A stretch of DNA of 64,000 nt from Chiloscyllium plagiosum. Its lineage: Eukaryota. The notes below the pieces were generated by a model. It did not search any database. It saw only the letters and a program-made list of their open reading frames with translations, and was not told the origin of the DNA. The DNA lies in the NCBI RefSeq assembly GCF_004010195.1, contig NC_057718.1, positions 43,983,809-44,047,808 of the forward strand, given 5' to 3'. Position 1 is the first letter of the stretch. Every line of letters starts with the position of its first letter. The translations under genes and the position numbers were made by a program. Below, piece after piece: positions 13,569-26,483 of the stretch.

Positions 13569-15971
13569 AACATAGGAACAGAACTTTACATTGATTTCAA
13601 TGACAGCTTTTCTGCAAATACTTTATATTGAATTTACATTGAACTCCTCTTGATATGTAAAGGATTATTATGCTTTCTTCCAATATATAATTGAACCATA
13701 CATGTTGCTTTTAAAAAAATCAAATGGTATTTTAACATACAAGAGACCCTGGGTGGGGAAAAGACCTGTCTCACTCTCTGTCCCTCTCTGAGTGACAATC
13801 CAATTAATGCAAAGTTAGGGGGAGTGCAGCCTATGGATTTAGAGCAGAAGAGAAAACATATCAGAGGGTCGGAGAGGAATTAGCATCACAGCTAGAACAC
13901 AGGAAAACTATACTTGAGACTTGGAAATGTCTTAGAGAGAATACTACAGTATACAAGACCTCAGGAAAGCACAGCAATATATCAAGAATGATTTATCACT
14001 AGATTGTAAATATTGAGTCCAATTGGGATAGACCTTTTTTGTCCTCATGTCAGGGATCATCAAGATATTTTCTTTTCATAGCAAACTTAATTTTTTACGT
14101 GAAAATGGGCCATGCAAACTACCCATTTGCCTGAAGGGTCAGTTTTGATCCTGCATGCATATTATCTGCTGACAGGATTGCCATTGACAGCATAAGGGAA
14201 TATTTGTTTTTTCTGTCTTCTAGTATTTCATTGTTTGGGCAAGTCACCGGAGCTCTGAAAAACCTGTCCTGTTTGAGACTTTTAGGAACATTGGGGACAG
14301 TGTGCTGAGGATTTGAGAAGATTTTGACAGGTTAACTGATTTGACAACTTCAAATGTCATCATTAACTGTTGTGTGATGGATGGATATGTTCTTATTGCA
14401 AAAATTGAGAATTGAGCTCTACGTGGCAAAGCTAAGTCGATCATTATATTCATCAGCATTATGTAAACGTTGAAATGCACTTGAATAATTTTGTTCTTGG
14501 AAAACGTGCAATAATACATTCTAAATTGAAAACAACAATGATTAAATTTTCCACAGTCCTTTAAACATGAGAAAATATAGTCGGCGGCTTCACACAAGGA
14601 AAAGCTCTAGGCATCTGCTCCTTCACTGCTTTGATTGAGAGGCCATCCAGTGTAGCTCAGTAAAATCCTAGCCATCAGTTTTTACAGTTTGAAAAGGCAC
14701 CATTGTCTGCAAATTCAGTACTTTGACAGCTAAGCCCATTAGGCATGTTTGGTTTCAGGCCTGCAGAATCATTTATCTCAGTGGAAGATTATTGAAACAG
14801 TTTGATTAACAGTTTTAAAAGATTATTAAATGAGTACTTAGCATTGATATGGTTTCTGAAGAAATGTTTATTTTCACACCAAAATGATCACTTAAAGAGA
14901 TTTAATGGTTTTCTTTGGCTTGGTTTTGAGTTTTCTTTCAAAATGTAGTGCATTGTGCTTTTGCATGACGGCTGTACAAGATTGTTAAAAGTGTTAGGAG
15001 AAATGGAAAGCATTTGAGGGACGTGAGAAGAGATGGGAAAGTGTCATCAAGAAGAAAGCTCACCACCAAATTCTCAATACAACTTGGGGGCAACAGAGGA
15101 CTCTGCACTTGCCAGCAACCCATGACTGAATTTAACATGAAAACAAGAATGAATCACTTGTGTGATTGCAAGCAAATAGAAACCTATTGTATTTAATATA
15201 GCTCAAACCGCTTTAGAGTGGGAGTATTCTTACATAAAAAGTCATTTGCACGAACTGTGACAAACTGACCAATCATGCAATGCCTGTCATAAAAACATTA
15301 TTACTTGGTGTAAAGACTTCTCAAATGGTGACAAAAACAAAAAAAAAGCTATCATTACCACTGGTAGCTATGCACAATTCAGAGTTATGCTGCCGTGTTT
15401 AACTGTAATCATTACCGTGTGGAACAATAAAATACAGTGGCTATTCCCAAAGGAAATATAAAAATGTTTTAAAAAAAGATAAATGACTGACTCTTCAATA
15501 AGATGGAAGATGCTTCTTTTCAGTAACACCATTCAAAATAGTGATGGTAAACTTTTGTATTAGCAATGATCTTTACAATAAAGATGAAATATAGAAAGAA
15601 ATGAGGAAAAGAAGAAAGAAATGATTATCAGAAGACTGGTGAAATGGACTGATTAAATCTATTGCAAAGTAATGTCTATTTGGGTATTTTGAGAGGAAGA
15701 ATAAGGAGACAATATAAACTGAATATCAAACGTAGTGTGGAAACAATGCAACTTGAGGTTGCTTGTCCACAAATTTTTGAAAGTTGGAGTATAAGTTCAT
15801 AGTGCTACCAATAAGGGATATGGATTCCTAGACTTTAGAAATAATGGCCCAGACTGAAAAAAATCAAGGAAGTTACACTCAAACTTTATAAATAATTGGT
15901 GAAACCAATATGGTCACCGTTATTAAAAATCACACAATACCAGGTTATAGTCCAACAGGTTTAATTGGAAA

Positions 15972-16003
15972 CACTAGCTTTCGGAGTTCGGCTCCTTCAT
16001 CAG
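15972..16003 (-). ncRNA. Minimal hammerhead ribozyme motif (Penelope type)
   Basis: Minus strand reads CCTGATGA-A-GGAG-ccgaa-CTCC-GAAAGCTAGTG: core boxes plus stem II. Confidence 0.7.
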
Positions 16004-16874
16004 GTGGTTGTGGAGTACATGATTGTCAATTGTGTACTCCACAACCACCCGATGAAGGAGCAGCACTTCGAAAGCTAGTGCTACCAATCAAACCTGCTGA
16101 ACTATAACCTGGTATTGTGTCATTTTTAACTTTTTTACAGACCGCAATTTCCCTTCCCACGTGGTTCAAGATGCCCTCCAACACATCTCATCCACATCCT
16201 GCATCTCCGCCCTCAGACCCCACCCCTCCAACCGTAACAAGGACAGAACGTCCCTGGTGCTCACCTTCCACCCTACCAACCTACACATAAACCAAATCAT
16301 CTGCCGACATTTCCGCCACCTCCAAACGGACCCCACCACCAGGGATATATTTCCCTCCCCACCCCATTCCGCCTTCCGCAAAGACTGTTCCCTCCGTGAC
16401 TACCTGGTCAAGTCCACGCTCCCCTACAACCCAGCCTCCCGTCCTGGCACCTTCCCCTGCCACTGCAGGAATTGCAAAACCTGCACCCACACCTCCTCCC
16501 ACACCTCCATCCAAAGGCCCTAAAGGAGCCTTCCACATCCATCAAAGTTTTACCTGCACATCCACCAATATTATTTATTGTATCCGTTGCTCCCAATGCG
16601 GTCTCCTCTACATTGGGGAGACTGGACGCTTCCTAGAAGAGCACTTTAGGGAACATCTCTGGGACACCCGCACCAATCAACCACACCGCCCTGTGGCCCA
16701 ACACTTCAACTCCCCCTCCCACTCTGCCGAGGACATGGAGGTCCCCTCCCCCACTCACCTATTGTACTCTATGCTATTTTCTCCCCACCCCTACCCTCCT
16801 CTCATTTATCTCTCCACTCTTCAGGCACTCTGCCTGTAGTCCTGATGAAGGGCTTTTGCCCGAAACATCAATTT

Positions 16875-18004
16875 AGAACAAACAGCCCTACCAACCATCA
16901 AACCAAAAATCTGGGTCCGCTACATAGATGGCACTTTTGTCATCACAAAATGAAACAAGATAGAAGAGACATTTAACATCATCAACAACACCCTGACAGG
17001 CATAAATTTCACCAAGGAGGAAGAAACCGACAACAAACTTGCCTTCCTGGACGTCACAGTCGAAAGAAAGGACAACGGAGAACCACAAACCTGCGTATAC
17101 AGAAAACGAACAAATACTAACCAAATACTTAACTACACCAACAACCATCCCAACACACACAAACGAAGCTGTATCAGAACACAATTCCAACGAGCCACCA
17201 CACACTGCAGCACAGACGAACTTCGGAAAACTGAGGAGAACCACCTATACAACGTATCCAAGAAGAACGGATACTCAAAAACACAGTGCACAGATTCCTC
17301 AAGAACAAACCACGACAAGCAGACCACCCACAGCCAGACACCCTAACCACCTTACCATGCATCAAAGAAGTTTCAGAAATGACAGCCAGACTACTAAGAC
17401 CCCTCGGAATCCTGGTAGCACACAAACCCACCAACACTCTCAAACAAAAACTAACAAACTTAAAAGACCCAGTACAACCCATGGACAAAACCAACGTAAT
17501 CTACAAAGTTCCATGCAATGACTGCCACAAACACTACGTAGGACAAACAGGAAGAAAGTTAGCCACCAGGATACATGAACACCAGCTAGCCACAAAAAGA
17601 CACGACCCTCTCTCCCTCGTAGCCCTACACACGGATGAAAAAACCCATCAATTCGACAGGGACAACACATTTATCCTGGGACTGGCTAAGCAAAGATATG
17701 CCAGAGAATTCTTAGAGGCCTGGCACTCCAACCACAATGCCATAAACAAACGCATAGATCTAGATGCCATCTATCAACCCCTCAGAAAACGAACAGGAAA
17801 TGACATCACCACAAACCCCAGGAACCCCATCCAGGAGAAAGATATAAATAGAAAGCAGGAGACAACAGCTTCGCTTCACTTGGAGGTTGCCACTGATGAT
17901 GTTACCTAGCCAAGTAATGAAACGTCTGGATATCAAACCTACAGCTCAGCGAGCAAACCTACACCCTAAACCTCAACTTGAGCTACAAACCTTCACAAAC
18001 CTTG
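16875..18004 (+). mobile_element. Penelope-like element B (RT C-terminus plus GIY-YIG), innermost insertion
   Basis: KIWVRYIDGTF (RT YxDD region), LAFLDV and NVIYKVPCNDCHKHYVGQTGRKLATRIHEH; contains a stop and a frameshift. TSD CATC(A/G)ATTT at 16866-16874 and 18005-18013. Confidence 0.92.
17889..17930 (+). ncRNA. Minimal hammerhead ribozyme motif of Penelope element B
   Basis: CTGATGA-T-GTTAC-ctagccaa-GTAAT-GAAAC-GTC. Confidence 0.65.
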
Positions 18005-21000
18005 CATCGATTTTACTGGTCCTTGGATGCTGCCTGAACTGCTGTGCTTTTCCAGCACCACTCATCCAGAATCTGGTTTCCAGCATCTGCAGTCATTGTT
18101 TTTACTTCATTTTTAACTTTGTACACCCCAGTCCAACACCGGCATCTCCAAATCATGGTCACCATTATTGACATCAAAAGCCTTGGTGAGAATGCAAAGC
18201 AGACAAACCAAAATGATATCAGGAACTTCAGTTAGGCAAAAGGACTAGAGAAACTGAGATTGATTTTCATGGAGAGGGCAAGTTAAGAGGAGATAAAGTT
18301 TGAAATGATGGAGAGACTTGAGAGGGTAATTAAGGGTAAATTATTTTTACTAGTGGGTTTGCATTAGTAACCAAAGGATGCAGAATCAAAATATGTTTGC
18401 TGAGGAAGCAGAGAACTAATTTATCAGATATGTTACTCGATAATGGACTTGTGTGGCATTGAACTAGGGTAGGAGCATTCATTTTTATGACCCTTCCCAC
18501 ATTTGGAATTGAAAAATGCTGTTATTCCTGAAACATTTATGCAGCAAACTCCAAATTGAGTCTTAATTGGCTGATGTCCAATAGGATAGTTTTACATTGC
18601 TTTCAATGATCTAACCACTTTAGAAATACTGTCTGTCACATCTCAGGAAACCTTGAGAGCTTTGCCCAAAAGGAATGATTTTGTTAGTTCTTCTCCCCAC
18701 ATTTTCCTGTACTACTAAAGTATCATTGCTATAGTGGCAGTATTTGCAAATCAGGGTCACCAGTTATATAGTTCTTCCCTTACTAATTAAACAGGCAAAT
18801 AGTGGGACTATAAGAGATCAGTGCACAATGTGTACAAGTTGACAACTCAATCAGAGAAATAGACAGAATGACAGAGAGAGATGAGTGTTGATATCTATAT
18901 ACCTTGCCTATAAGAGAGTTTACCTTTAAGGACTCCTTTTTTTTGTGTATATAATATTGCAATTCTGGCAGTTAGTCTGTATTGAGTTTGCAAGCTGCAC
19001 ACATCACAGAAATCAGTTGAATTGCTGTAATGTCTGTTTCATAGCTTGTAATGTATTGTAAATAAACAAATCTATGGAGTTATTTAATCCATGGCAAATG
19101 ATTGATCATTTTACCATTACATTAACATGGTAATGAGAGAAAAAAAGAAAATGTAGTTATTACGATAATTGTATATTTTAAAAACTGTGAATACCATAAA
19201 TTGAAAAATGCAACAGCAACTTGAAAAATTCACTATCTGCAACTAGCTCAAGATGATCCACAATGAAAAAAAATCTCCTTGGATAAGATTTTTAAGACAA
19301 GACATTGCTCATTGACTGGATTTGCAGACAAATATGACAGAATTAAGTGTAAATTTAATATATCCTGTTACATACTATTAATGTATAAAGAAGAAATCAA
19401 AACATTCAGCAATTAACCACCAGAACTACTCCACAGATTTTCACTTTTTTTTCACATAACAAACTTAATTGAATATGTAAAGAGAAATTAAACAAACAAT
19501 ATACTGCTAACTCAACACGAAAATTTATAAAGATAAAAATTCAATTCTATTTACTTACTTCTTTCTGCTACAGATAAGGTGTGAGAGAACTGCTGAAAAC
19601 TCTGTCCCATTCCCCACTATCCCCAATGTTGAGAGAAAGATATGTATATATTCTTTAACCCCTGAGTGTGTGGGCAATCTGGATTACCAGCAGCTGAAGT
19701 TGGTGGTTTAAACAAAGAAAAAGGATTGTTTATTAAAGCACTCACCCTAAAATCAAACACGACACCATCCACTCAAAAAAATCACACATACACATGAGCA
19801 CACTCAAGGAAAATGCAATTGAAGAGGATGGTACATTTTTCCAAGTTATAAAAAATCGTCATAATTCACATGATCGTCCTTTTTTGGATGATGTATATTG
19901 CTCATTTGATGGAAGGTACCTGAAGTGCAGTTTAGATGAGTTCAACAGTCAACATCCTTTGTCAACATTGTTTACTGGATTTTTTCCAAGTGCTGCACTT
20001 TCCATAGGTTATAAAGTTAGTGTCTTCTGGTCTCATTACCAGGGGCTTATTAACTGCTTTGATCGATCTAAAATGAGACTATAAGAGATAGGAGTAGATG
20101 TGAGCCATTCAGTCCATCGAGTCTGCTCTGCAGTTAATGAGATCGTGACTGATCTGAATTGTTTCAGGCTTAATGACCTTCCTCCAGCACAGATATAATC
20201 ACTGCTCTTTGTGCTGTAAGAACAGACCTTATTAAAGTTGCTTTTGAAAGGTGGTTGCTATCACATGGTCTGTACAGATCATTTTATTCACTATCAAATA
20301 TTATTCCTTAAAGTGTGAAACCCAAGCTATATTGTTCTTTCAGTGATTAAGTTGTTGATTTCTACATATTTATCTGTCTTCAGGATATAGCAAGACATTG
20401 AGTCAACCTTAGGTTCGATCCTTGAAAACACAGACCAGGTTATCTGACCTGTGGGACTACCTTGTCAGAGCACACTATCCATTTTAAAAGCAGAGGCCAA
20501 TTCAAAGACTTTGTCATGAATAAAGCTTGTATTTTAAAAGTTATGAAAAGGATATTCTTTTGTTGGGTATGATTCCCTCCAATACTTCCTTCATCTTTAG
20601 GAATCTTGAAGATTCATTCACCATCCTTTGGAACAAACCCAAAGCATAGCAAGCTGTTCGGAATTAATCCTGATTTCTCTTCAGTGTTCCGCAAGGTGCA
20701 AAGTTTCATGGGAATCCTTCCATTAGCTTGCAATGAAGTGACGCTCCAATTTTCTTTACCAATCCCACAAATCTGGATTCCACATTTCAAGCTCAAGCTA
20801 CCTGTCATTCCTACACATTGGCTTAAAACATCAGACACCACCCTAGGTTTCCAAGGGCATGTTATTTTTGTTTCAAACTGCAACCAAGATGATTAATTCC
20901 AGAACTGCAATCGCAATAAAATGAAGTGCTTATCAGTTAGAAAATTAAGGTAGTTTTCTTCCTTTAATTTACAGCAAGATAAATCATGTATCCTCTTACA

Positions 21001-21569
21001 AACTTTGTCTTATTCTGAATGACAATTCCCAATTGGCAGCTGTGTCATGGACAATAAATTTTAACATTTATAGTGAATGTCTGATATTGTTGATAGACCT
21101 TTGAAATGATAAAAGTTATGTAAGACTTAAAGCTTACACATTCTCTTTGCTGTTTTCGAAATATTAACCAGTCTTGTCTGCTGGCTGTGTGCTAACTCAT
21201 TTCACAGATTAACTCAAAGCAGAGAATCTCAAAAAAAGCTCCACCCTTCCAATCTTTCCTTAATTCTAGGAAAATGCATTAATGGCACATGATTTGCTAG
21301 AATAATTGCAGCTATCATGTGTCCAGTTCCTGAGCAAAGTAACCATCTGCCATTTTTATGACTCACACCATCTTACTCTGACTTTATCCAGGAAACACAA
21401 ATTACCTTTTGAGCTGTACTTGTCTTAAACCTGTGAAGTTTTCCAGCCTCTATATGTTTACTAATTAACCCCTCTTTCTCCCTCTAAACTGGCATTTCAA
21501 CTTCTAAAATAAAAAGATTTCACTTTTAAAACATATGAATATGATATTAGGAATATAGTAATACAGGGG

Positions 21570-21770
21570 ATCAAGTAGCTGGAGCCTGATTTGAAATGCA
21601 GTGATGTCAACAATATAGGCTCAGTTCCCACATTGATTGAGCTCACAGTAAAGGACTGTCCTTCTCAAACTTTCCCTTATCTGAGGTGTAGTGACCCTCA
21701 GATCAAACCAGCACCAGTTATTTCTCTCTAATGAGAGAGCAGCCTATGATCTAGTAGGGGTATGGTTACA
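21570..21770 (+). mobile_element. Old tRNA-type SINE copy (family unnamed here)
   Basis: Shares CCTTCTCAA...CTGAGGTGTAGTGACCCTCAG..AAACCA.CACCAGT..TCTCTCTAATGAGAGAGCAGC with 24780-24990 and 30270-30450. Confidence 0.65.
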
Positions 21771-22583
21771 TATCAATATTTTTGTGGTAGTATCTTCTAG
21801 ATGATTTGTCTTCAATCGATCTTGCCTGAGATTTATGACTTTAATGATTTTTCTTGAGCATTCAATCCCTGTACCTACCTGATGGTCCTAGTGATTGATA
21901 AGGTAGGTTAAATTTCATGACGAGTCTTAGCAGCTGTCTCAAAAAGGGGCTTAGTAAGAATGAACAATCCTTAGTCTTTATTGAGCCTCAGAACTATCTG
22001 TACAAATAAAGATGTGTCTTCATTCCCCCTCCCCCCAAGTTTGAGTAACTATCTAGTTTTATCTTCAGGCAGTTGAAGTATGTATTCTAAATAAACAAAG
22101 ATGACAGAATCCAAAAGAAAAAAAAGATGGCCAATGCTAATAGTATAACTTAGTTTAGCAAAGCTTACTTCTTCATAGTCAGTTCAAATGTATATAAATT
22201 TATGCATAAAGTAAACGGTCACTAGCTGTGTTTCATATGAAGAAGTGTACATGGTAAAATATGTTTTTGTGTCCGAATGCATAAAATATAACAACAAAAA
22301 CTCTTAAGACAGTTGCAATTTTTATTATGCTAAAAAAGCTTTGTATAGTGAAGTGCTGTCTTTAATATGCATATATTTTTCTGCTTTTTGAATCTAATTA
22401 TCATTTTAACAGCACCATTATGAAATTTGCATACAAGCAATTTAGCAGCAAAGGTCTTCGAATGTTTCTGACAGAACAGCATTCCTGGTGATCCCCAGGA
22501 TTGGTTTGAGGAGAATTTTGAATCCATTCAGCATATGTTCTCTGCAGTTTTCTCTGCTCTAATTCTTCCACGCTTCTCGACAG

Positions 22584-22734
22584 CTCCAGATGGTGTGCTG
22601 CCTCCAAGGCTCTCATCTGCCACTTCGACCAGTCTTCAGGTTGCCTGGTCTACACCAGCTCGTAACAATGCTCCAGGCTTGCCCATTTACCAGCTTCAGA
22701 CAAGGCTGCTACATTCCTTTGGTGAAATTTCAGA
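22584..22734 (+). pseudogene. USH2A: USH2A exon 39 equivalent (151 bp, open frame)
   Basis: Acceptor ctcgacAG, then (A)PDGVLPPRLSSATSTSLQVAWSTPARNNAPGLPIYQLQTRLLHSFGEIS, then donor GTACAT. Nearly identical to human APDGVLPPRLSSATPTSLQVVWSTPARNNAPGSPRYQLQ (recalled). Confidence 0.95.
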
Positions 22735-23130
22735 GTACATATTGTGAAGACTGTTTTAACTATCAATTTTATTTAAACAATTGGAGTTACATTTTTGCTG
22801 TTTGACATTAAAACGAGGTTTGTTTTGTTTTCTACAAATTCCATTAAATGTACAAGTTTGCAACAGGAGCAGGCCATTTAGCCCCTTTGAACCTGCTCCA
22901 CCAGTCAATAAAACCATGGCTGATCTGATTACTCAGCATTCCTACCAAATTCCAATAACCTTTCATCCCCTTGCTTTACACAAATCTGAGAAAAAAATCT
23001 TCTTCATCTGTGAGGACAATGCGTTTTTTAAAATATTGACCTCTTATTTCCTCTTGTCCCACAGAAGAAACTTTCTTTTCCTCATGGACACAGTCAAGAC
23101 TTCTCAGCATCTCATATGTTCCAATCAAGT

Positions 23131-23520
23131 CATAGAGTCATACAGCACAGAAAAAGAATCTTCCATCCAACCAGTCCACATCAAACATAATCCCAAACTA
23201 AACTCGTCCCACTTGCCTGCTCCTATCCCATGCCCTCCACCCTTTCCTATTCATGTACTTATCCAGATGACTATTAAATATTGCAATTGTATCCACATCT
23301 ACCACTTCTTCAAGAAGTTCATTCCACATGCAAACCACCGTCAGTGTAAGAAGGTTGTCCATCAGCTCTCTTTAAAATCTCTCTCCTCTCACCTTAAAAA
23401 GGTGCTCGCTAATCTTGAAATCCCACACCCTAGTGAAAAGACAAATATAATTAACTCTGTCGATAGCCCTCATTATTTGATAAACGTCTATAAGGTCACC
23501 TCTCAACCTCCTACACTTCA
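23131..23520 (-). mobile_element. CR1/HER1 3' end nested in older CR1
   Basis: CATAGAGTCATACAGCACAGAAA tail; same family as 47872-48045. Confidence 0.8.
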
Positions 23521-23974
23521 ATGGCCTCTTGTTCTTCGAAACTCTAGTGGATATCTGCCCAGCCTGAACAACTTGTCTTCACAATATAACCTACTCATTT
23601 CAGACATTAATCTAGTTAACTTTTGCTGAACTGCTTCCAATGCATTTGCAAACTTCCTTAAATAAGAAGACCTCTATATAGTACTCCAAATGTGGTCTCA
23701 CTAATGTCCTTTAAAAATGAGGGATAACTTCACTACTTTGATATTCAGTACCAGTTGGAATAAACAATAAGCTTCCATCAGCTTTCCTAATTACTTGCTG
23801 TACCTGCATAATATTATTTTTCAATCCAGCAACCCAGATCCCTCTGTACCTTTGAGTTTTATAATCTCTCACCACTTAGATAACATACCTTTTTAATCTT
23901 CTTGCCAAAATGAACAATTCATGTCTTGATAATATGATATATTATTTACCAAATCTTTTCCCTCTCATTTAACA

Positions 23975-24188
23975 GGAGAAAGTGAGGACTGCAGATGCTG
24001 GAGATCAGAGCTGAAAATGTGTTGCTGGAAAAGCACAGAGGAAGAGAGCTTCGTCAAGGAAGGCATCCTTGCAAGAGGATTCGCAGTAGGTTAAAATCTT
24101 CTGAAGAAGGGCTCATGCCCGAAACGTCGATTCTCCTGCTCCTTGGATGCTGCCTGACCTGCTGCGCTTTTCTAGCAACACATTTTCA
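23975..24188. mobile_element. Inverted-dimer Penelope terminal-repeat element with perfect 14-bp TSD
   Basis: GAAAATGTGTTGCTGGAAAAGC ... GCTTTTCTAGCAACACATTTTC inverted arms. TSD CCTCTCATTTAACA at 23961-23974 and 24189-24202. Confidence 0.88.
24099..24135 (+). ncRNA. Minimal hammerhead ribozyme motif
   Basis: CTGAAGA-A-GGGC-tcat-GCCC-GAAAC-GTC with intact core and stem II. Confidence 0.7.
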
Positions 24189-24779
24189 CCTCTCATTTAA
24201 CAAATTTATATCTGCTTGTAGCCTCCTTTTATCCTCTTGACACTTTACTTTCCTACCTATCTTTGTGTCATCTGCAGGTTTAACAAGGATTCATTCAATT
24301 CTTTCACATGAACTATAAAAAGTTGAGGTCTCAGCACTGATCCCCGTGGCATATCACTTGTTATATCTTGCCAGCCAGAAAAATGATCTGATCATGACTA
24401 CTATCTGTTTTCTGTTAAATATAAGAGATCACCTAATAATGAACAGATTGAGAAGAATTCCTTACCAAAGTTTGTGTGTCTTTGTAATTCTTTTTGATAA
24501 CAGACGGTATAAGCAGAGTCTTTGAATATTTTTAAGACAGAGGCAAGTAGATTATTGTTAAACAAGGGGGAGAAAGATTATTGGAGCTGGATAGAAATGT
24601 AGAATAATCAGATTAGCCATGATGTTCTTGAATGATGGATAAAACTAGAGGGGTCTACTGGTCTACTTGTACTCTTATTTGCCTGCTTGTATATTTGTGA
24701 GTTATGTGGAATATTACTCACCACTCAGTTACATAAGATAGCTGAGTGCCAAATTAGGGATCTGAAAATGCTGGTCTGG

Positions 24780-24990
24780 CATAAATGGCTGGATGGCTGG
24801 TGAGTGATGGATGAATGAGCATGGATTCAATTCCCACAATGGCTGAGGTTACCATGAAGGACACTCCTCCTCAAGCTCTCCCTTCACCTTAGGTATGGTG
24901 GCCCTCAAGTTAAACCACCTCCAATCATCTGTCTCTAAAGATAGAGCAACCCTATGCTATGTTGGGACTATGGCAACTTCTTGCCTTTTA
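24780..24990 (+). mobile_element. Old tRNA-type SINE copy
   Basis: GGCTGAGGTTACCATGAAGG...CCCTCAAGTTAAACCACC...GGGACTATGGCAACTT. Confidence 0.65.
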
Positions 24991-25439
24991 GTTATCAGCA
25001 TTAATAGTGCTTATTCCAATCTTTATATATTGTAATTGAGAACTAATATGTGAATAGAAGTTCATGATAAAGCAAAAAGAAATTGCAGTCTCTGCCAATG
25101 ACATTAGCACTGTTGCTAAGAGGAGATTGAGACTGGGACAAATGGATCAGGAGCAGTTCTTGACTGAACTGACTGAGCAGTAGGTAATGGCAAGGGAAAA
25201 CTGGATGGTAATGAATAGATAACAATAAAACTGAGAAATTGATCAATGAAATTGGGAAATCAATGGCATTGAAAGCAGGGAAGGAATGGTGATGAAATGG
25301 GATAAATTAGGAAATGGGTGACAGTTAGAGGTATATCTCCAAATCCCAGATTGGGTGTAATTGGAGCAATGCTTTAGAAATGTGACACTATCCAAGACAG
25401 ATAACTCATTTTATTGGTGCTATATCCATTAGCTTAAAT

Positions 25440-25825
25440 GTCCACTCCCTCTGTTGTTTGTGTCTTGTGGTTTCAGAGGACATTGCTTAAGAATACACTG
25501 CAGAAAATTGTCAAGGCTTCTTTAGACGCTAATTCCAAATCTGCAACTTCTAGAAAATCAAAGGTACATGGAGTGCTTCAAGATCCCCTTCAGCTCCCAC
25601 CACAATATGACTTAAATAGCAAATGGTGATATCTTCATTATCATTTGATTAAAATTCGACAACTGCCTACCTAGCTGCCTTTTGTTGGTAAATAACTTCA
25701 CCGCATGCAATGCAGCAGTTCAAGAAGGTAACTCACCTCTACCTTCTTAAAAGAAACTAACTATGGGAAATATATTCAGGCTGCGTCAGTGACACACACA
25801 CTCAAAGAAGGACTTTAAAAAACAA
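25440..25825 (+). mobile_element. Degraded 3' end of the LINE family at 252-792
   Basis: GCAGCAGTTCAAGAAGGTAACTCACCTCTACCTTCTTAAA tail similarity. Confidence 0.6.
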
Positions 25826-26483
25826 ACGTAAGGAGGAAATGGATGCCACTGAAAGGAAAGTATGTACTGGCAGAGTCAGAGAATGAAGCACAAATCTTTC
25901 AATTTGTATTGGATAATGATCTCTCTGAACTGATTGGGCTAAATGCAGTTTCTTGTAAACTGAAGTGGAGAGTTTGGATATAAGATGGTGACTTTCTTGC
26001 TAACTTACAACTAACGATGCTATAATTTCTCTTGTGGATCAAAAATCCTAAATGGAAAATATCGTAGTACTTAAATTGTATAAAATGTATCACTTTTAAT
26101 TTAATGATTAAAAATATGATTAAAGAGTGACCTAGTTTTAATCGGCCTGTTCTGATTGTTTAGCTTTAAACGATGTGTTTTATATCTGATTATGTCTAAT
26201 TATATAGATTGTTTCATAGTGCACTGCTTTGTGCTCTTTATTGGTGCATACTGAATAGCACATTTTAAAGTATGAAATTGTTGAAAAAATGTAGACATGT
26301 AATATGAGATCAATTTTAGAAGGCATAATATTATCTAATTTCATAATTGGAAATAAATGTCAGATTTAAAAAAAACTTGTTTCATATTTACTTTGAAAAA
26401 AGGTAAATCATTATTGCAAATATGCACATTTTCTGCACATAAGGAATAGATAAATTATAAATCAATATATCCATTCATTTCAG

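Larger units (their letters stand above)
16134..18106 (+). mobile_element. Penelope-like element A, 3' part with GIY-YIG endonuclease (middle layer)
   Basis: NIIYCIRCSQCGLLYIGETGR..EHFREH. Terminal repeat with CTGATGA...GAAAC. TSD TCATTTTTAACTTT at 16120-16133 and 18107-18120. Confidence 0.92.
15925..18154. mobile_element. Palindromic Penelope-terminal-repeat element (outer layer of nest)
   Basis: About 100-bp inverted arms centred near 16025; remainder resumes at 18121-18154. TSD ATGGTCACC(G/A)TTATT at 15910-15924 and 18155-18169. Confidence 0.85.
22860..24420 (-). mobile_element. Old CR1 LINE 3' portion interrupted by a younger CR1 and a Penelope element
   Basis: AGGAGCAGGCCATTTAGCCC tail region. 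CR1 similarity resumes after 23520 and after 24202. Confidence 0.75.

Noticed and set aside
1..22583. USH2A exon 38 equivalent (and exon 42 after 57045)
   Set aside because: Not recognised by eye. They probably lie outside the window or are too decayed, so absence cannot be claimed without TBLASTN.
22781..23629. Longest ORF in the track (282 aa)
   Set aside because: It is an antisense read-through of nested CR1 fragments inside the intron, with no protein-like signal.
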